Source: Octopus bimaculoides
Lineage: Eukaryota
Direction: 5' to 3'
DNA: 50,944 bases
NCBI RefSeq assembly: GCF_001194135.2
Contig: NC_068992.1
Coordinates: 64,781,442 to 64,832,385 of the forward strand
Under the pieces are notes generated by a model. That model saw nothing but the letters and a program-made list of their open reading frames with translations, was not told the origin of the DNA and did not search any database. Below, in pieces: positions 23,691 to 36,625 of this stretch. How positions within the stretch are numbered: position 1 is the first letter of the stretch; each line of letters starts with the position of its first letter. A program made the translations under genes and the position numbers.

Positions 23691-24498
23691 ATCTATGTAT
23701 TAAGTAGATTTTAATCGACCCTCTCGGATATTGATGCACACACTTTACATAGTTTTAATATAACTTTTTAAATTTCTTATATATATTACAACTCACCACA
23801 TGGGGATAATCGAAATTCCTCCCGTTCTGATACTATATATATATATGTACACACAGACACACACCCAGATGTATGCATGCATGTGTGCCTGTATGTATTC
23901 ACGTATGCATGTATGTATATATGCATGTATCAAATGATCAGTTTTCCATTCTGCCAACTAAGTAGAGTACACTGCACTGAGGCGGATAAATAAACACTAA
24001 ACTTGCGTGTTGCGTTGTTTCCATCAGATGGTTATAACGATGAAATCCATTATTATCCGTGCAGTCTATATTTTCTCGTTGAAGCTATCTTGTCTTTAGA
24101 TATTAAAAACACATCTGGATGGAGTCTTTACCGACTAATTATATATTTTTACGTTATTTGAGTTTTCCAACTCACAATGTTACAAGGATGAAACCTTACT
24201 GTATTGGTTTAAGAAAGTTACTCTCTCTGTCTCTCTCTGTCTCTCTCTGTCTCTCTCTGTCTCTCTCTGTCTCTTTCTTTCTCAGTAATAAATTGATGAG
24301 ACGTGTATAAGAGACGTCGAAGTTGCTAATCTATTGGAATGACATGACAAACGCATTACTCCGTCATTACATACAATTCAATTTGTTCTGCGTTCAGAGC
24401 GAAGCAATTGCAGCCCTCTGTACAAGAAAATGGAAACTTCAAAAGAAAATTAGCGAAAATAGAATTACAAAAAACCCACAGAATCATATGAAATCACA

Positions 24499-24560
<62 letters not shown>

Positions 24561-25140
24561 NNNNNNNNNNNNNNNNNNNNNNNNNNNNNNNNNNNNNNNN
24601 NNNNNNNNNNNNNNNNNNNNNNNNNNNNNNNNNNNNNNNNNNNNNNNNNNNNNNNNNNNNNNNNNNNNNNNNNNNNNNNNNNNNNNNNNNNNNNNNNNNN
24701 NNNNNNNNNNNNNNNNNNNNNNNNNNNNNNNNNNNNNNNNNNNNNNNNNNNNNNNNNNNNNNNNNNNNNNNNNNNNNNNNNNNNNNNNNNNNNNNNNNNN
24801 NNNNNNNNNNNNNNNNNNNNNNNNNNNNNNNNNNNNNNNNNNNNNNNNNNNNNNNNNNNNNNNNNNNNNNNNNNNNNNNNNNNNNNNNNNNNNNNNNNNN
24901 NNNNNNNNNNNNNNNNNNNNNNNNNNNNNNNNNNNNNNNNNNNNNNNNNNNNNNNNNNNNNNNNNNNNNNNNNNNNNNNNNNNNNNNNNNNNNNNNNNNN
25001 NNNNNNNNNNNNNNNNNNNNNNNNNNNNNNNNNNNNNNNNNNNNNNNNNNNNNNNNNNNNNNNNNNNNNNNNNNNNNNNNNNNNNNNNNNNNNNNNNNNN
25101 NNNNNNNNNNNNNNNNNNNNNNNNNNNNNNNNNNNNNNNN

Positions 25141-25188
<48 letters not shown>

Positions 25189-25924
25189 AATATATATATA
25201 TGTATATATATGTATGCATGTATATTTTTGTGTGTGTCTGTATGTGAATATTTGTGTGTGTTCGTGTGTGTGTGATTGAGCGTTTGAATATGTGGACATG
25301 TCCGATAGTTCTGTCAACACAAGGATGACAACAACCCACGGAATTTTTCCAGAAAACCATTCGACAATGCGTTTATCCTATTATTTCTCTGACCAATGGT
25401 GCCTGTTTTTTTTTCTGTTTTCTTTTACGGGGGCGGAGTTTCTTTATCTCAACTTATTCAATTTATTCACTGCATTACACATGACAGTCATAAAAAGATA
25501 TCATGTCACCTTTATTATAATATCTCTCTACTTATATCTCTGGCGCTGCTTTTTGCAAATCTCTCGCCGTATTTGTTAAAAATCTCCATTTTCTGTTTTG
25601 TCAAAAGAAAGAAAACCAAGACTTTGTCCGAACAAACAAAGGAGACGCCTCTCTTGGTCTGCTTTCTTTTCTTTCTTTTTTTTCCTGCCTTTATTCCCAT
25701 TGTCTTCTCGTTCCACTTTAAGCATCAACCTGTCTTCTCATTACAATTATGAGACGCCCTACATTACAATTAATGAGTATGTACAGTAAGCCTGAAAGCT
25801 GGCTGGGAGACAGAAGGCACTTCATACGAAGCTACCGGTTTGCCGTGTTTCCAAAGCATGAAACTATTAGTAGGTTTTATTTAAATACACGCTACCATCA
25901 CCAGCACTGTCAGCACCAGCATTG

Positions 25925-26290
25925 GCATCATACTCCATCATCATCATCATCATCCATTTCATCATGATCATCATCATCATCATCATCCATTTCATCATGA
26001 TCATCATGATCATCATGATCATCACCATCATCATCCACTTTACCCCCCCCCCCATCATCATCACCATCATCAACAGCAGCTGCAGCAACAACGTCAAGAA
26101 GTGCATCGTCGCCAACAACCCCTCCGTCACACCAACATCGATTATTGTAACAATAACATTCAACAACAAGTGTAAGAACTACAACAAAAACAATATCAAC
26201 AATATAACAACAAACATCATCAACAGCAGCAGCAAAGACAACAACAACGATAACGATGGCGATTATGATGATGATGATGATGATGATGAT
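25925..26290. repeat. Degenerate (CAT)n/(CAA)n/(GAT)n trinucleotide tract
   Basis: Seen directly. Confidence 0.9.
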
Positions 26291-26440
26291 GAGGCCAACC
26301 ACAAAAATCTATCAATATTTGATGAATTTGGAAATTGAATTTTACAAAACAATTGTTTTATTTTCTATAATTGTCTTTGTTATCATTTTTACGATTAAAA
26401 ATAAAAATAAATCATCCTCATCATCATCATCCTTATCGTC

Positions 26441-26515
26441 TTTCTTCTTCTTCTTCTTCTTCTTCTTCTTCTTCTTCTTCTTCTTCTTCTTCTTCTTCTT
26501 CTTCTTCTTCTTCCA

Positions 26516-26546
<31 letters not shown>

Positions 26547-26614
26547 TTCTTCTTCTTCTTCTTCTTCTTCTTCTTCTTCTTCTTCTTCTTCTTCTTCTTC
26601 TTCTTCTTCTTCTT

Positions 26615-26644
<30 letters not shown>
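26441..26644. repeat. Long (TTC)n tract, ~200 bp, two interruptions
   Basis: Seen directly. Confidence 0.97.
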
Positions 26645-26645
<1 letters not shown>

Positions 26646-26654
26646 TTGCGTAGG

Positions 26655-26850
26655 CTCTTTAAAGCGTCAAACGGAACGACTAGCGGTATTTCTTCCGAAT
26701 CTTTGCGTTCTGAGTCCAAACTCCGCCCGAAACGCCCTTTCTTTTTCATCTCTTGCGCGTTGATAAGATATAGTACCTGTCAAATACTGGGGTCGATCGT
26801 ATCGACTAAAATCTGCTCCCAAAGAATTGCTGGCGGAAATCAAAAGTAAT
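26655..26850 (+). mobile_element. Decayed SINE family B copy
   Basis: TAGCGGTATTTCTTCCGAATCTTTGCGTTCTGAGTCCAAACTCCGCC..TAGTACCTGTCAAATACTGGGGTCGATCGTATCGACT is colinear with the other B copies. Confidence 0.7.
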
Positions 26851-26933
26851 CATCATCATCGTCGTCGTCGTCGTTATCATCACCATCAAAATTGTTAATT
26901 GTCGTCATCATCATCGTCATCATCTTCTCCTTT

Positions 26934-27013
<80 letters not shown>

Positions 27014-27070
27014 CTTGTTGTTGTTCTTCTTCTTCTTCTTCTCCCCCTTCTCCTTCTCCTTCTCCTTCTT
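26850..27070. repeat. (CAT)/(CGT)/(TTG)n/(TTC)n compound tract
   Basis: Seen directly. Confidence 0.92.
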
Positions 27071-27334
27071 CTCCTTATCATTACAGAAATAATTATATGC
27101 TCAAAGATAGGGTTTACTGTTATAGTGTCTTCTGTTGATGAAGAACATGATGAAGAATACGTGGATGATGAGGAGGATGTGGTTTTGTTGTTGTTGTTGA
27201 GTTACAATGTTGTTGTTGCAGTTGTTTTCGTTGCTCATGATGTTTGTAATGTTAGTGACAAAATACGTTCATACACACATTGATGTGGATTTAAATTCCT
27301 TCAATTTATTCGAAAAATTCATTTAAAAGAAAGG

Positions 27335-27386
<52 letters not shown>

Positions 27387-28608
27387 GTAGTAGTAGTGGT
27401 GGTGGTGGTAGTATGTCTTTTTTTTTAGCTGTTTGCGATCAGGGGACGTCGGATGCGTCGGAGAAGACAGTGAATTATATTCTTTCGTTTTTATTTTCTC
27501 CATTTTCTCTTTATCTGAACATGACTGTAAATAGATTTGTCATCTGTAAATTATGTTTCTATGAATCTATACATACATACATACATACATACATACATAC
27601 ACACTCACACACACACATATATATATATATATATGCATATATATGTATGGTACTATATGCATATGTATATATATATATACATGCACACAAACATACATAT
27701 GCATGTGCATATATAAATATATATATGTCTATGTGTGTATAAATATATACATATNNNNNNNNNNNNNNNNNNNNNNNNNNNNNNNNNNNNNNNNNNNNNN
27801 NNNNNNNNNNNNNNNNNNNNNNNNNNNNNNNNNNNNNNNNNNNNNNNNNNNNNNNNNNNNNNNNNNNNNNNNNNNNNNNNNNNNNNNNNNNNNNNNNNNN
27901 NNNNNNNNNNNNNNNNNNNNNNNNNNNNNNNNNNNNNNNNNNNNNNNNNNNNNNNNNNNNNNNNNNNNNNNNNNNNNNNNNNNNNNNNNNNNNNNNNNNN
28001 NNNNNNNNNNNNNNNNNNNNNNNNNNNNNNNNNNNNNNNNNNNNNNNNNNNNNNNNNNNNNNNNNNNNNNNNNNNNNNNNNNNNNNNNNNNNNNNNNNNN
28101 NNNNNNNNNNNNNNNNNNNNNNNNNNNNNNNNNNNNNNNNNNNNNNNNNNNNNNNNNNNNNNNNNNNNNNNNNNNNNNNNNNNNNNNNNNNNNNNNNNNN
28201 NNNNNNNNNNNNNNNNNNNNNNNNNNNNNNNNNNNNNNNNNNNNNNNNNNNNNNNNNNNNNNNNNNNNNNNNNNNNNNNNNNNNNNNNNNNNNNNNNNNN
28301 NNNNNNNNNNNNNNNNNNNNNNNNNNNNNNNNNNNNNNNNNNNNNNNNNNNNNNNNNNNNNNNNNNNNNNNNNNNNNNNNNNNNNNNNNNNNNNNNNNNN
28401 NNNNNNNNNNNNNNNNNNNNNNNNNNNNNNNNNNNNNNNNNNNNNNNNNNNNNNNNNNNNNNNNNNNNNNNNNNNNNNNNNNNNNNNNNNNNNNNNNNNN
28501 NNNNNNNNNNNNNNNNNNNNNNNNNNNNNNNNNNNNNNNNNNNNNNNNNNNNNNNNNNNNNNAGAGAGAGAGAGAGAGAGAGAGGGAGAGATAGAGAGAT
28601 AGAGAGAT

Positions 28609-28653
<45 letters not shown>

Positions 28654-28915
28654 AGATAAATACACATGCACGCATATCTCTATATTCGTATATGTGCACG
28701 CACAGTTGTGCGGTCACATATAAAAGTTTGTATCTATATACACATGAGCATGTATAGATACAAAAATGTATATACACATACATACACTCGCATATACATG
28801 TATATGCATGTACATACATACGTATGTGCATATATACATACTTTCATACATACATGTATTTATATCTACCTGCCTATCTATCTATGTATATACATATATC
28901 TATACACACACATAT

Positions 28916-28948
<33 letters not shown>

Positions 28949-29208
28949 TATATATACATACATACATATATATACATATATACATACATACATATATATA
29001 CATATATACATACATACNNNNNNNNNNNNNNNNNNNNNNNNNNNNNNNNNNNNNNNNNNNNNNNNNNNNNNNNNNNNNNNNNNNNNNNNNNNNNNNNNNN
29101 NNNNNNNNNNNNNNNNNNNNNNNNNNNNNNNNNNNNNNNNNNNNNNNNNNNNNNNNNNNNNNNNNNNNNNNNNNNNNNNNNNNNNNNNNNNNNNNNNNGA
29201 GAGAGAGA

Positions 29209-29256
<48 letters not shown>

Positions 29257-29636
29257 TAGATACTCACATACAAATAAACATAGACTTATATCAGTCTGTA
29301 TGTCTGTTTATACGTGCGTCTCTATACAGTTTAAATTAAAATACGTGACTGCGAATTAATAACTGTCACTTTTTTCTGCTAATGAACAAACGCTGAAATA
29401 ACTGTTTTACAGTGTCATATTTTAAGATGGCGCTAGAATGTGATGTAGCAATTGTAATTTACATTCATAGCTGCTTGTGTGTTATATAAACAGACTGCTA
29501 GAAGCAGACGTAGCTAATCTGTAATGCATTATTTGCGAAAGCTTCCAGAGACTATGATAGGCAAATGCTCGATAATCTGTGCTTGAGATACTAGTTTCAA
29601 ATCACATGTAAGCTGTATTGAACATTTCAGCAGGCC

Positions 29637-29860
29637 ATGGCACTGAGCTGAGAGATTCATTAGGACGCAGCAGAAAATGTCTAGCAGCGTTTCTTTCAGC
29701 TCTTTAGGTTCTGAGTTTAAATTCCACCGAGGTCGACTACGCCATTCATCTTTTCGAGGTTGAGAAAATAAGCACCATATGAGCACTGCCACTGATATAA
29801 CCGACTGACCCCTGAAGGGGGCAAGTGCTTCAAATTTCAGGCTTTGAGCTATAATTGAAA
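29637..29860 (+). mobile_element. Decayed SINE family B copy
   Basis: GTTCTGAGTTTAAATTCCACCGAGGTCGACTACGCCATTCATCTTTTCGAGGTTGAGAAAATAAGCACC. Confidence 0.75.
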
Positions 29861-31163
29861 AACAGCTCTGGAATACATTTTCAAATTCAAACCATGTAAC
29901 AATCGGTGACACGTGTTTTTCTTAAGGGTCTGAACTCTTGATTTATTTTTATCATATATTTGATAAAGGGAAGCTTTCCCGAAATATAAGAGAAGCATTG
30001 AGCAACCTATATAAAGGAATACGATATCGTTCCCTTGTTTCTATTGACATTACCTGACACATTGTGACTAACTTCTCACCTGTATTGCTGAAAGATCTTT
30101 TCTAAAGAATATTCATATCATTTAGACATTGCAATACTTCAAACAAATTACAGTCGTCTTTTAATATTTATTTATTTATGAAGACAACGTTATTCATGAT
30201 CACAACACAGTCTAAATCTTATTGATATACAATTAATCTTATGATTAATGACTTACATCATCCATTTGGAATTAAGAAAATCTTGAGTTGCCATAAGTCT
30301 TATTAAAATTACCATAATCAACACATACACAAACCTACATACCGTGTAAATATACATAAGCACATACACACAAACACATACGCATGCACACATAGAAATG
30401 CGCAGTGTAGATTATATATATGTTGGTTGACTTAGTTATATGTGTGTGCGTGTGTGTGCGTGCATATGTGTGTGTGTATGTATATTAGAATGAAGTATTG
30501 CCGAATGAAGAAACAGTGGTTCAGACACTCATGACGATATACGCGAAAAAATGATTAAATATAAATAAGAATAAAGATGAAAATTTTACATTAAATCATT
30601 TCATAATCAAATATTTTGGGTGAAAATATCCTTATTCAATGAATGAATGGAACAGGAAACCGGGTCCCAGATGACGGCGGATTCGAGGCATGACACCGCT
30701 TTTCAATCAGCATTTATAGAAGCTGATTCGATATTGAACACTTTCACGTTTTTCCGATAGATGGAATTGTTCTCTTGAAATGGTATATTTGGCCCGAGTC
30801 AGGCGCAAAGATGGAAAGGATTAGTAGTTCATTCGAAGCATTGAATGAATATGAAAACAGTGATTTAAAAAGCCACGCCAATGGAGTTTAGAAATAGAGT
30901 CGCGGATTACTATGGAACTCTTTGAATCAGTTCTTTCATGTATTTAACGTTCTGGGGATTTTATTTTTTATAGATTTCTCTTTTACCTATTCAATACTTT
31001 TGAAGTTGAAACATATTGTTGCAATTCTCGTATTCCAATAATGCTTACTTATTATGGAGTGTTCAGAAGCGACCGCAGACAAAAGATCATGGACTGCTTT
31101 CACACCGCATATGTATTTCACTTCCTATATGTGTCTATGTGTGTGCATGTGTGTGCGCATATG

Positions 31164-31225
<62 letters not shown>

Positions 31226-31462
31226 AATGCATGTATGTATGAATATATATATTTATATTTACAAATATTCACACACATATAAACACACACACACATATGA
31301 TGATTGTGTATCTGTGTTTATATATATACATAACAATGTATTTTGTAATTTTATATCTAGTTATCTATCTGTGCTTCCATCCATCCATCCATCCATCCAT
31401 CCATCCATCTATCCACCCATCAATGTATCCATCTATTTCTATCTTCCCCTGTCTCTCTCTCT

Positions 31463-31498
<36 letters not shown>

Positions 31499-31539
31499 TT
31501 ATGTGCATATAACAACAATAATGCACAACAATAAGAATG

Positions 31540-31635
31540 AAGGAGCTCCAATTAATAAGTACCTCATTTCGAAAGAAAACAAAAGTTAAACAAAGCATAA
31601 ATTAAGTTGAATTTCTTAATTATATATTTGTGAAT

Positions 31636-31702
<67 letters not shown>

Positions 31703-32160
31703 TCTGCTGATGTAATTAACACCTTATCGATTACATTTTCGTCGTCGCCTTCATTTTGAAAAAATATACGTGTGGGAATTATGAATCTTCGGCATCATTA
31801 TAAGATAGAAAATAGTGCTGCTTGGTAAACAATATAACTTTAAAAAAATCATAATTTTTGTGTATTAATTTTTATGCAATTTGTGTATATATATGTATGT
31901 ATGCATATGTATGTATGTATGTATGTACGTATGCATAAGTATATATGTATATATACACACATATATATTTACATATATATATATATTTATATATATATAC
32001 ATATATGTATATGTATATATATATACATATATATGTATATATATGTATATAAAGTTACATACATATAATATACATACATAAATAAATATATTCATATATA
32101 TGTTTATGTATATCATATATATATATATATATATTTATATATTATATGTATATATATATG

Positions 32161-32221
<61 letters not shown>

Positions 32222-32655
32222 TATAGCTAAATATGTACACACACACACACACAAACATATATATTTATGTAACAACGAATACAAGCATATGTATATTTAT
32301 ATTTGCCTGTCTGTCTGTCTGTCTACCTATCTATCTATCTACACACACTATGTATATACATATATGCCTATATACATATATCATGTGTGTATGTATGAGT
32401 GCATGTGCATATGTGTGTGTCTGTGTGTGTGTGCGCGAGTGCGTACATATGTATGTATGCATTTGACAATTACCACTTAAACATTCCATTAGGATGAGAA
32501 GCTGTTATTAACGAGTACCTCATCTCGAAAGAAAACACAATATCCAAGAAAACATTAAGCAAGCTGAATTCCCCAATTATATATATTTGTCAATTAATTA
32601 TAGACATATAAATTCTGCTGATATACTTAACGCAATATTAATTCTATTTTCCATT
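31540..32655 (+). repeat. Old local duplication, two diverged copies ~956 bp apart
   Basis: GTACCTCATTTCGAAAGAAAACAAAAG (31559) vs GTACCTCATCTCGAAAGAAAACACAAT (32515). Colinearity continues through GAATT..AATTATATATTTGT and ATTCTGCTGAT...TTAAC. Confidence 0.75.
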
Positions 32656-32754
32656 CTATCATCCATTTGGAATAAATTGCACCTAAGATTTAAATTATTT
32701 TTTAACGCTGTAGGCGCAATGTAAGCTGAGGGGGGGGGGCTAAGAAACTTGTTT

Positions 32755-32881
32755 TGGAAGCACCTGGTTTCAGGTTCAATTCTTATGTGCGGCAACGAAG
32801 GCATAGGTCTTCGATCATAGCCCCGGGTTCATCGACACCTTGTGAATGAATTGTGCACATAGAAGCTATGTGAAGGTCGTA

Positions 32882-32885
<4 letters not shown>
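32755..32885 (+). mobile_element. Decayed SINE family C head followed by (CA)n
   Basis: B-box-like GGTTCAATTC; GGTCTTCGATCATAGCCCCGGG..CCTTGTGAATGAATTGTG..GAAGCTATGTGAAGGTCGTA weakly parallels the - strand of 20550-20660. Confidence 0.55.
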
Positions 32886-32964
<79 letters not shown>

Positions 32965-32965
32965 A

Positions 32966-32996
<31 letters not shown>

Positions 32997-33262
32997 CATA
33001 CATACATACGTACATATAGTGAGAAAGAGAAAGAGAGATTGAGTGAGAGGGGAGGGAGAAAGAAAGAAAGAGAGAGAGGGAGAGTGGATAAGAGAGTATG
33101 GAAACAAGAAAGAAATGATGTATGTGAGTTATCAAGAATACTGTCAGCTATATGAGTAAACTATAGCTTAGGAATAACACGGAAATGAAGAACCGCGTTT
33201 TCAAATATAAACGAGCGGCTAATTAGAAGTCATGCTGACGGATATGTTCTCCATAACACATC

Positions 33263-33310
<48 letters not shown>

Positions 33311-33999
33311 TCTATCTATTTATCTATCTACATCATACATTCATACATACATTATAATGTTATTCCTATGTGTGTTAAGATTAATCTCGATCAGCGGCAG
33401 ACGTCATTACAAGACGTGTACCAATATTTCTCACCTCAAACCTTGTTTACAGAATCAATAATATTACAAATATATCTACAAAGTAGATGAATAGATGCTA
33501 CCATTCTTTAACTACTTCCTTGACGTCATCGAAAACAATGATTCCATTTTTTTTTCTAAATTGTTCAATTTTTCTTTTCATTTCTTTTTCAGCATTATCA
33601 CCCATTTTACAATTTTTTTGCCTTTGGCTGTCTTATACTTTTAATCTACTTACGGATTCGCCATTTCTTAATACCAGTTCTGTTTCCCTAGGATTTTGTT
33701 TTTCTTTATATTTTATGTCCATCCATATTATTTACAATTAATTGTGTCTGGAAATATAAATATCATTTCGATGTTGTTTTTTTTTATCCTAAAATGTCAC
33801 TTGTTCATGTGTCTTATTTACAGATTTTGCTTTTGTTACTCGTTATAAAAAAAAAAAAAGACGGAAGGAAAAAGTGATTAAACCGTAAAATACGTTTTAC
33901 TCCAATTAACCACAAGTAGGTCGTGCGGTTGGTGGATAATTGTTTATTATCGACAACTATGCAGTCGTTATTGATTCATGTATGCATATGTCTATAGGA

Positions 34000-34086
<87 letters not shown>

Positions 34087-34171
34087 AACATATGTATATA
34101 TACAAACACACACACACATATATATACATGCACACACGTATATATATATATATATTACAGTTCTATATTTA

Positions 34172-34567
34172 AGAGATGAGGAATTATGTACATTATTTAA
34201 GTTATTTACATTCGACGTTATCTATCTTTGGTTGTCTGTACAAAAGTGCATGAGCTTCGGTAAGATCCTTTACGGGAATACATCTTACTCTCTCGATATT
34301 TCACTCTCTAACTTTCATTTTTTGGGCTCCCTGCAAAATTCCTCGAACGGAAAATCATTTATTGATTTTGATGTCGTCAAAACCATTTGGATGATTTCTT
34401 TTCCTACAAGAAACCCAGTTTTATACGGATGAAAATTTGAAGCTGTGGAACAGATGAACTAAATTTATTAACAAAACAACTTTGATAAATATAAATTATT
34501 GTATGGCAAATAAATTTGTTTTATTTCCATCTTCTAGAAACACTAGAATTTTCCGGACAACCTAATA
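34172..34567 (+). mobile_element. Mariner transposon 3' remnant (decayed transposase C-terminus and 3' TIR)
   Basis: SYSLDISLSNFHFLGSLQNSSNGKSFIDFDVVK resembles the mariner PYSPDLAPSDYHLFRSLQNSLNGK.F..LD.VK segment. After a frameshift come HLDDFFSYK and LKLWNR, resembling LDDFF.SK and KLPERW. The element ends in TTTTCCGGACAACCTAATA, a mariner-type TIR ending in TA. Confidence 0.85.
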
Positions 34568-35321
34568 TTTCTAATTCTTGATGACTGGTTTGTATCTCTG
34601 GAATTCTAGAGTTCTAAGGTTTCATTAGATTTCCGAGAAGATGGAACTTTCAGGTTACTGGGTTAAACGTTATTTCGATAAAATTATCCTAAGGAAAATG
34701 TCATATGTTATCTTAGACTGAAGCTTATAATCGAATCTGAATCAACAGCAGATTTTACACTTCAGAGATGGTTACGCACTTCCACACCAACTTTTGACAG
34801 AAATTCTGAATTCATCTTATTCTGCAAACATGCATAAAAATTGTACTTTCGAAATATAAACAATATAAAAAATAAAAAAAAAACTAGCCAATCTTTAAGT
34901 CTCATCAAATCGCTTCTTCTTTCGACAGTAATTTACATAGCTTTCGGTGATTATTTATTTATATTTTTCGGTTTTATATGATGTTTACCCATTATTTAGG
35001 CTTCGTGAATCCAAAATATTGCAAAACCATGCTTTTACCGATTCTTTACACATTTTATTTCCGTTATTCTTTTTATTTCTCGTTTCTTTTCCTTCCTATT
35101 TCTGTTTCTTTTTTCTTATTCTTCTAGTTTCTTTCTATCTTTCGTATCTCAATCTCTAACTACACAGTTGTGATGATATAGATCATGAGTGAATCGGTTT
35201 CATATCACATTGTATAAGTTTTCCATAACCAATTTTAAATTACCTTAAGAAAAAACTAACAGATTTTAAAAATAACTAACCTTAAAAATCATGTACATCA
35301 GTATATGCTCATTATTTGAGG

Positions 35322-35510
35322 CAGTGGGGCAGCCAACTGGCCGAATCGTTATTACACCGGGACAAATGCTTTGCGGTATTTAGTTCGTCTTTACGTTCTG
35401 AGTTCAAATTCAGGCGAGAACTACTTTACTTGTTGAGCACTGGGGCCGATGTAATCGACTTACCCATCCCCAGAAAATGCTGACCTTGTGCCAAAATTTG
35501 AAACCAATAA
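35322..35510 (+). mobile_element. SINE family B copy with an internal deletion
   Basis: Head and tail match the 8029 copy, but the GCCTTTCATCCTTTCGG..TACCA block is missing. Confidence 0.8.
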
Positions 35511-35719
35511 ATTGCTCATTATTATATTCAGGTCCAAATGCAACTTCAGCCTCCCAAGAGATATAATTCTACCGATTTTTTATGCGGCGCTTTGTTTTAG
35601 ATTTATGTATATCAACATATATTACTCCATCTCTTTTCTCACTCCCCCTTCACTCCTACTCTTTCGTTATCGCTTAAGTCACTTCCTCGACAAATACATC
35701 TACGAAAGTACATCAGTGA

Positions 35720-35860
35720 TTATGGTGTTGCGATGACAATAATTGGATTCTGAGTTCGACCCCTGGATCGTGGGACACATTCTGACCTTGGGAATATCAG
35801 ATAATCGCCTGTAGTTCCAGCGTCCTCGACTGAAAATGAGTGCCAATGCAAGTGCATCTC
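35720..35860 (+). mobile_element. Decayed family D (tRNA-CORE) SINE
   Basis: B-box-like GAGTTCGACCCC, CORE-like TGACCTTGGGAATATCA, then CGACTGAAAATGAGT. Confidence 0.5.
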
Positions 35861-36139
35861 TCTCTCCATCACTCTCTCCATCACTCTCACACCCCCTCTC
35901 TCTCTCCATCACTCTCACTCCTCCTCTCTCTCTCCATTCGATATTCTTCTGGGTCAAAGTGTAGGGTGGAGCGAGAGTAGGTCTCAGTATATCTGTCTTT
36001 CTGTGACTACATCATAAGAACTTAAAACAGTTAATGAAAGCAGAGTACAAGCTAAAACTTTACGGTCTTTTGTCAACCATTAAAATCTCCTTTACTTAAA
36101 AAGCTGATACACCTAAAAAAAGACACTTTATTACGAAGG

Positions 36140-36625
36140 TTCATATGCTGGAAATTTGAGCATTAATCTTCATATTCTTAAAAGAAAAGGTTAAGTATTC
36201 CATTAATATCCAAATGGAACCAACAACTACTAAACCGTGTGATGCAGTTGCTGACCAACATACACCTTCAACCTAACGAAATTTTTTTTGTGAGCCCCTA
36301 TGACCTGTAGATGATATTCTTGAAAAGACACAATCGATTACAAAGTTCTACATGTATAACTTTATTCTGAGCAATAACACAACCCCAATTTTAAGCAATA
36401 AAACATTCTCCTTAACACCTCTACATCACAATCTACGATTCAATATAGTTAGCATTAAACAGAGCTCTTAACACAGACTATATAAAGCTAAGATAGACTC
36501 AAATGTACCACAGTCCGATGATGGTTTAGTTGGCTGAAACTTCGAAGTCACTGTCATTATCATTCTTATTAAAGAATGACAAAATTTGTATTCCACCAAA
36601 AGTATTGAGTAATTCTTCAGTTTAA
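36140..36625 (+). mobile_element. Penelope-like element 3' end (GIY-YIG-like relic, hammerhead, ATTAAA)
   Basis: Decayed frames YAGNLSINLHILK and ILEKTQSITK..NNTTPILSNK loosely resemble the YxG motif and C-terminus of PLE GIY-YIG endonucleases. They are followed by a complete hammerhead fold and ATTAAA. Confidence 0.55.
36510..36554 (+). ncRNA. Minimal type I hammerhead ribozyme-like fold, U4-to-C core variant
   Basis: Stem I ACAGU/ACUGU (5 bp, perfect); CCGAUGA; stem II GGUU/GGCU (three wobble pairs); GAAA; perfect 10-nt palindrome ACUUCGAAGU as stem III; GUC triplet with predicted cleavage after 36549. Confidence 0.6.

Noticed and set aside
34232-34432. 66-aa ORF as a host gene
   Set aside because: It is a fragment of a decayed mariner transposase.
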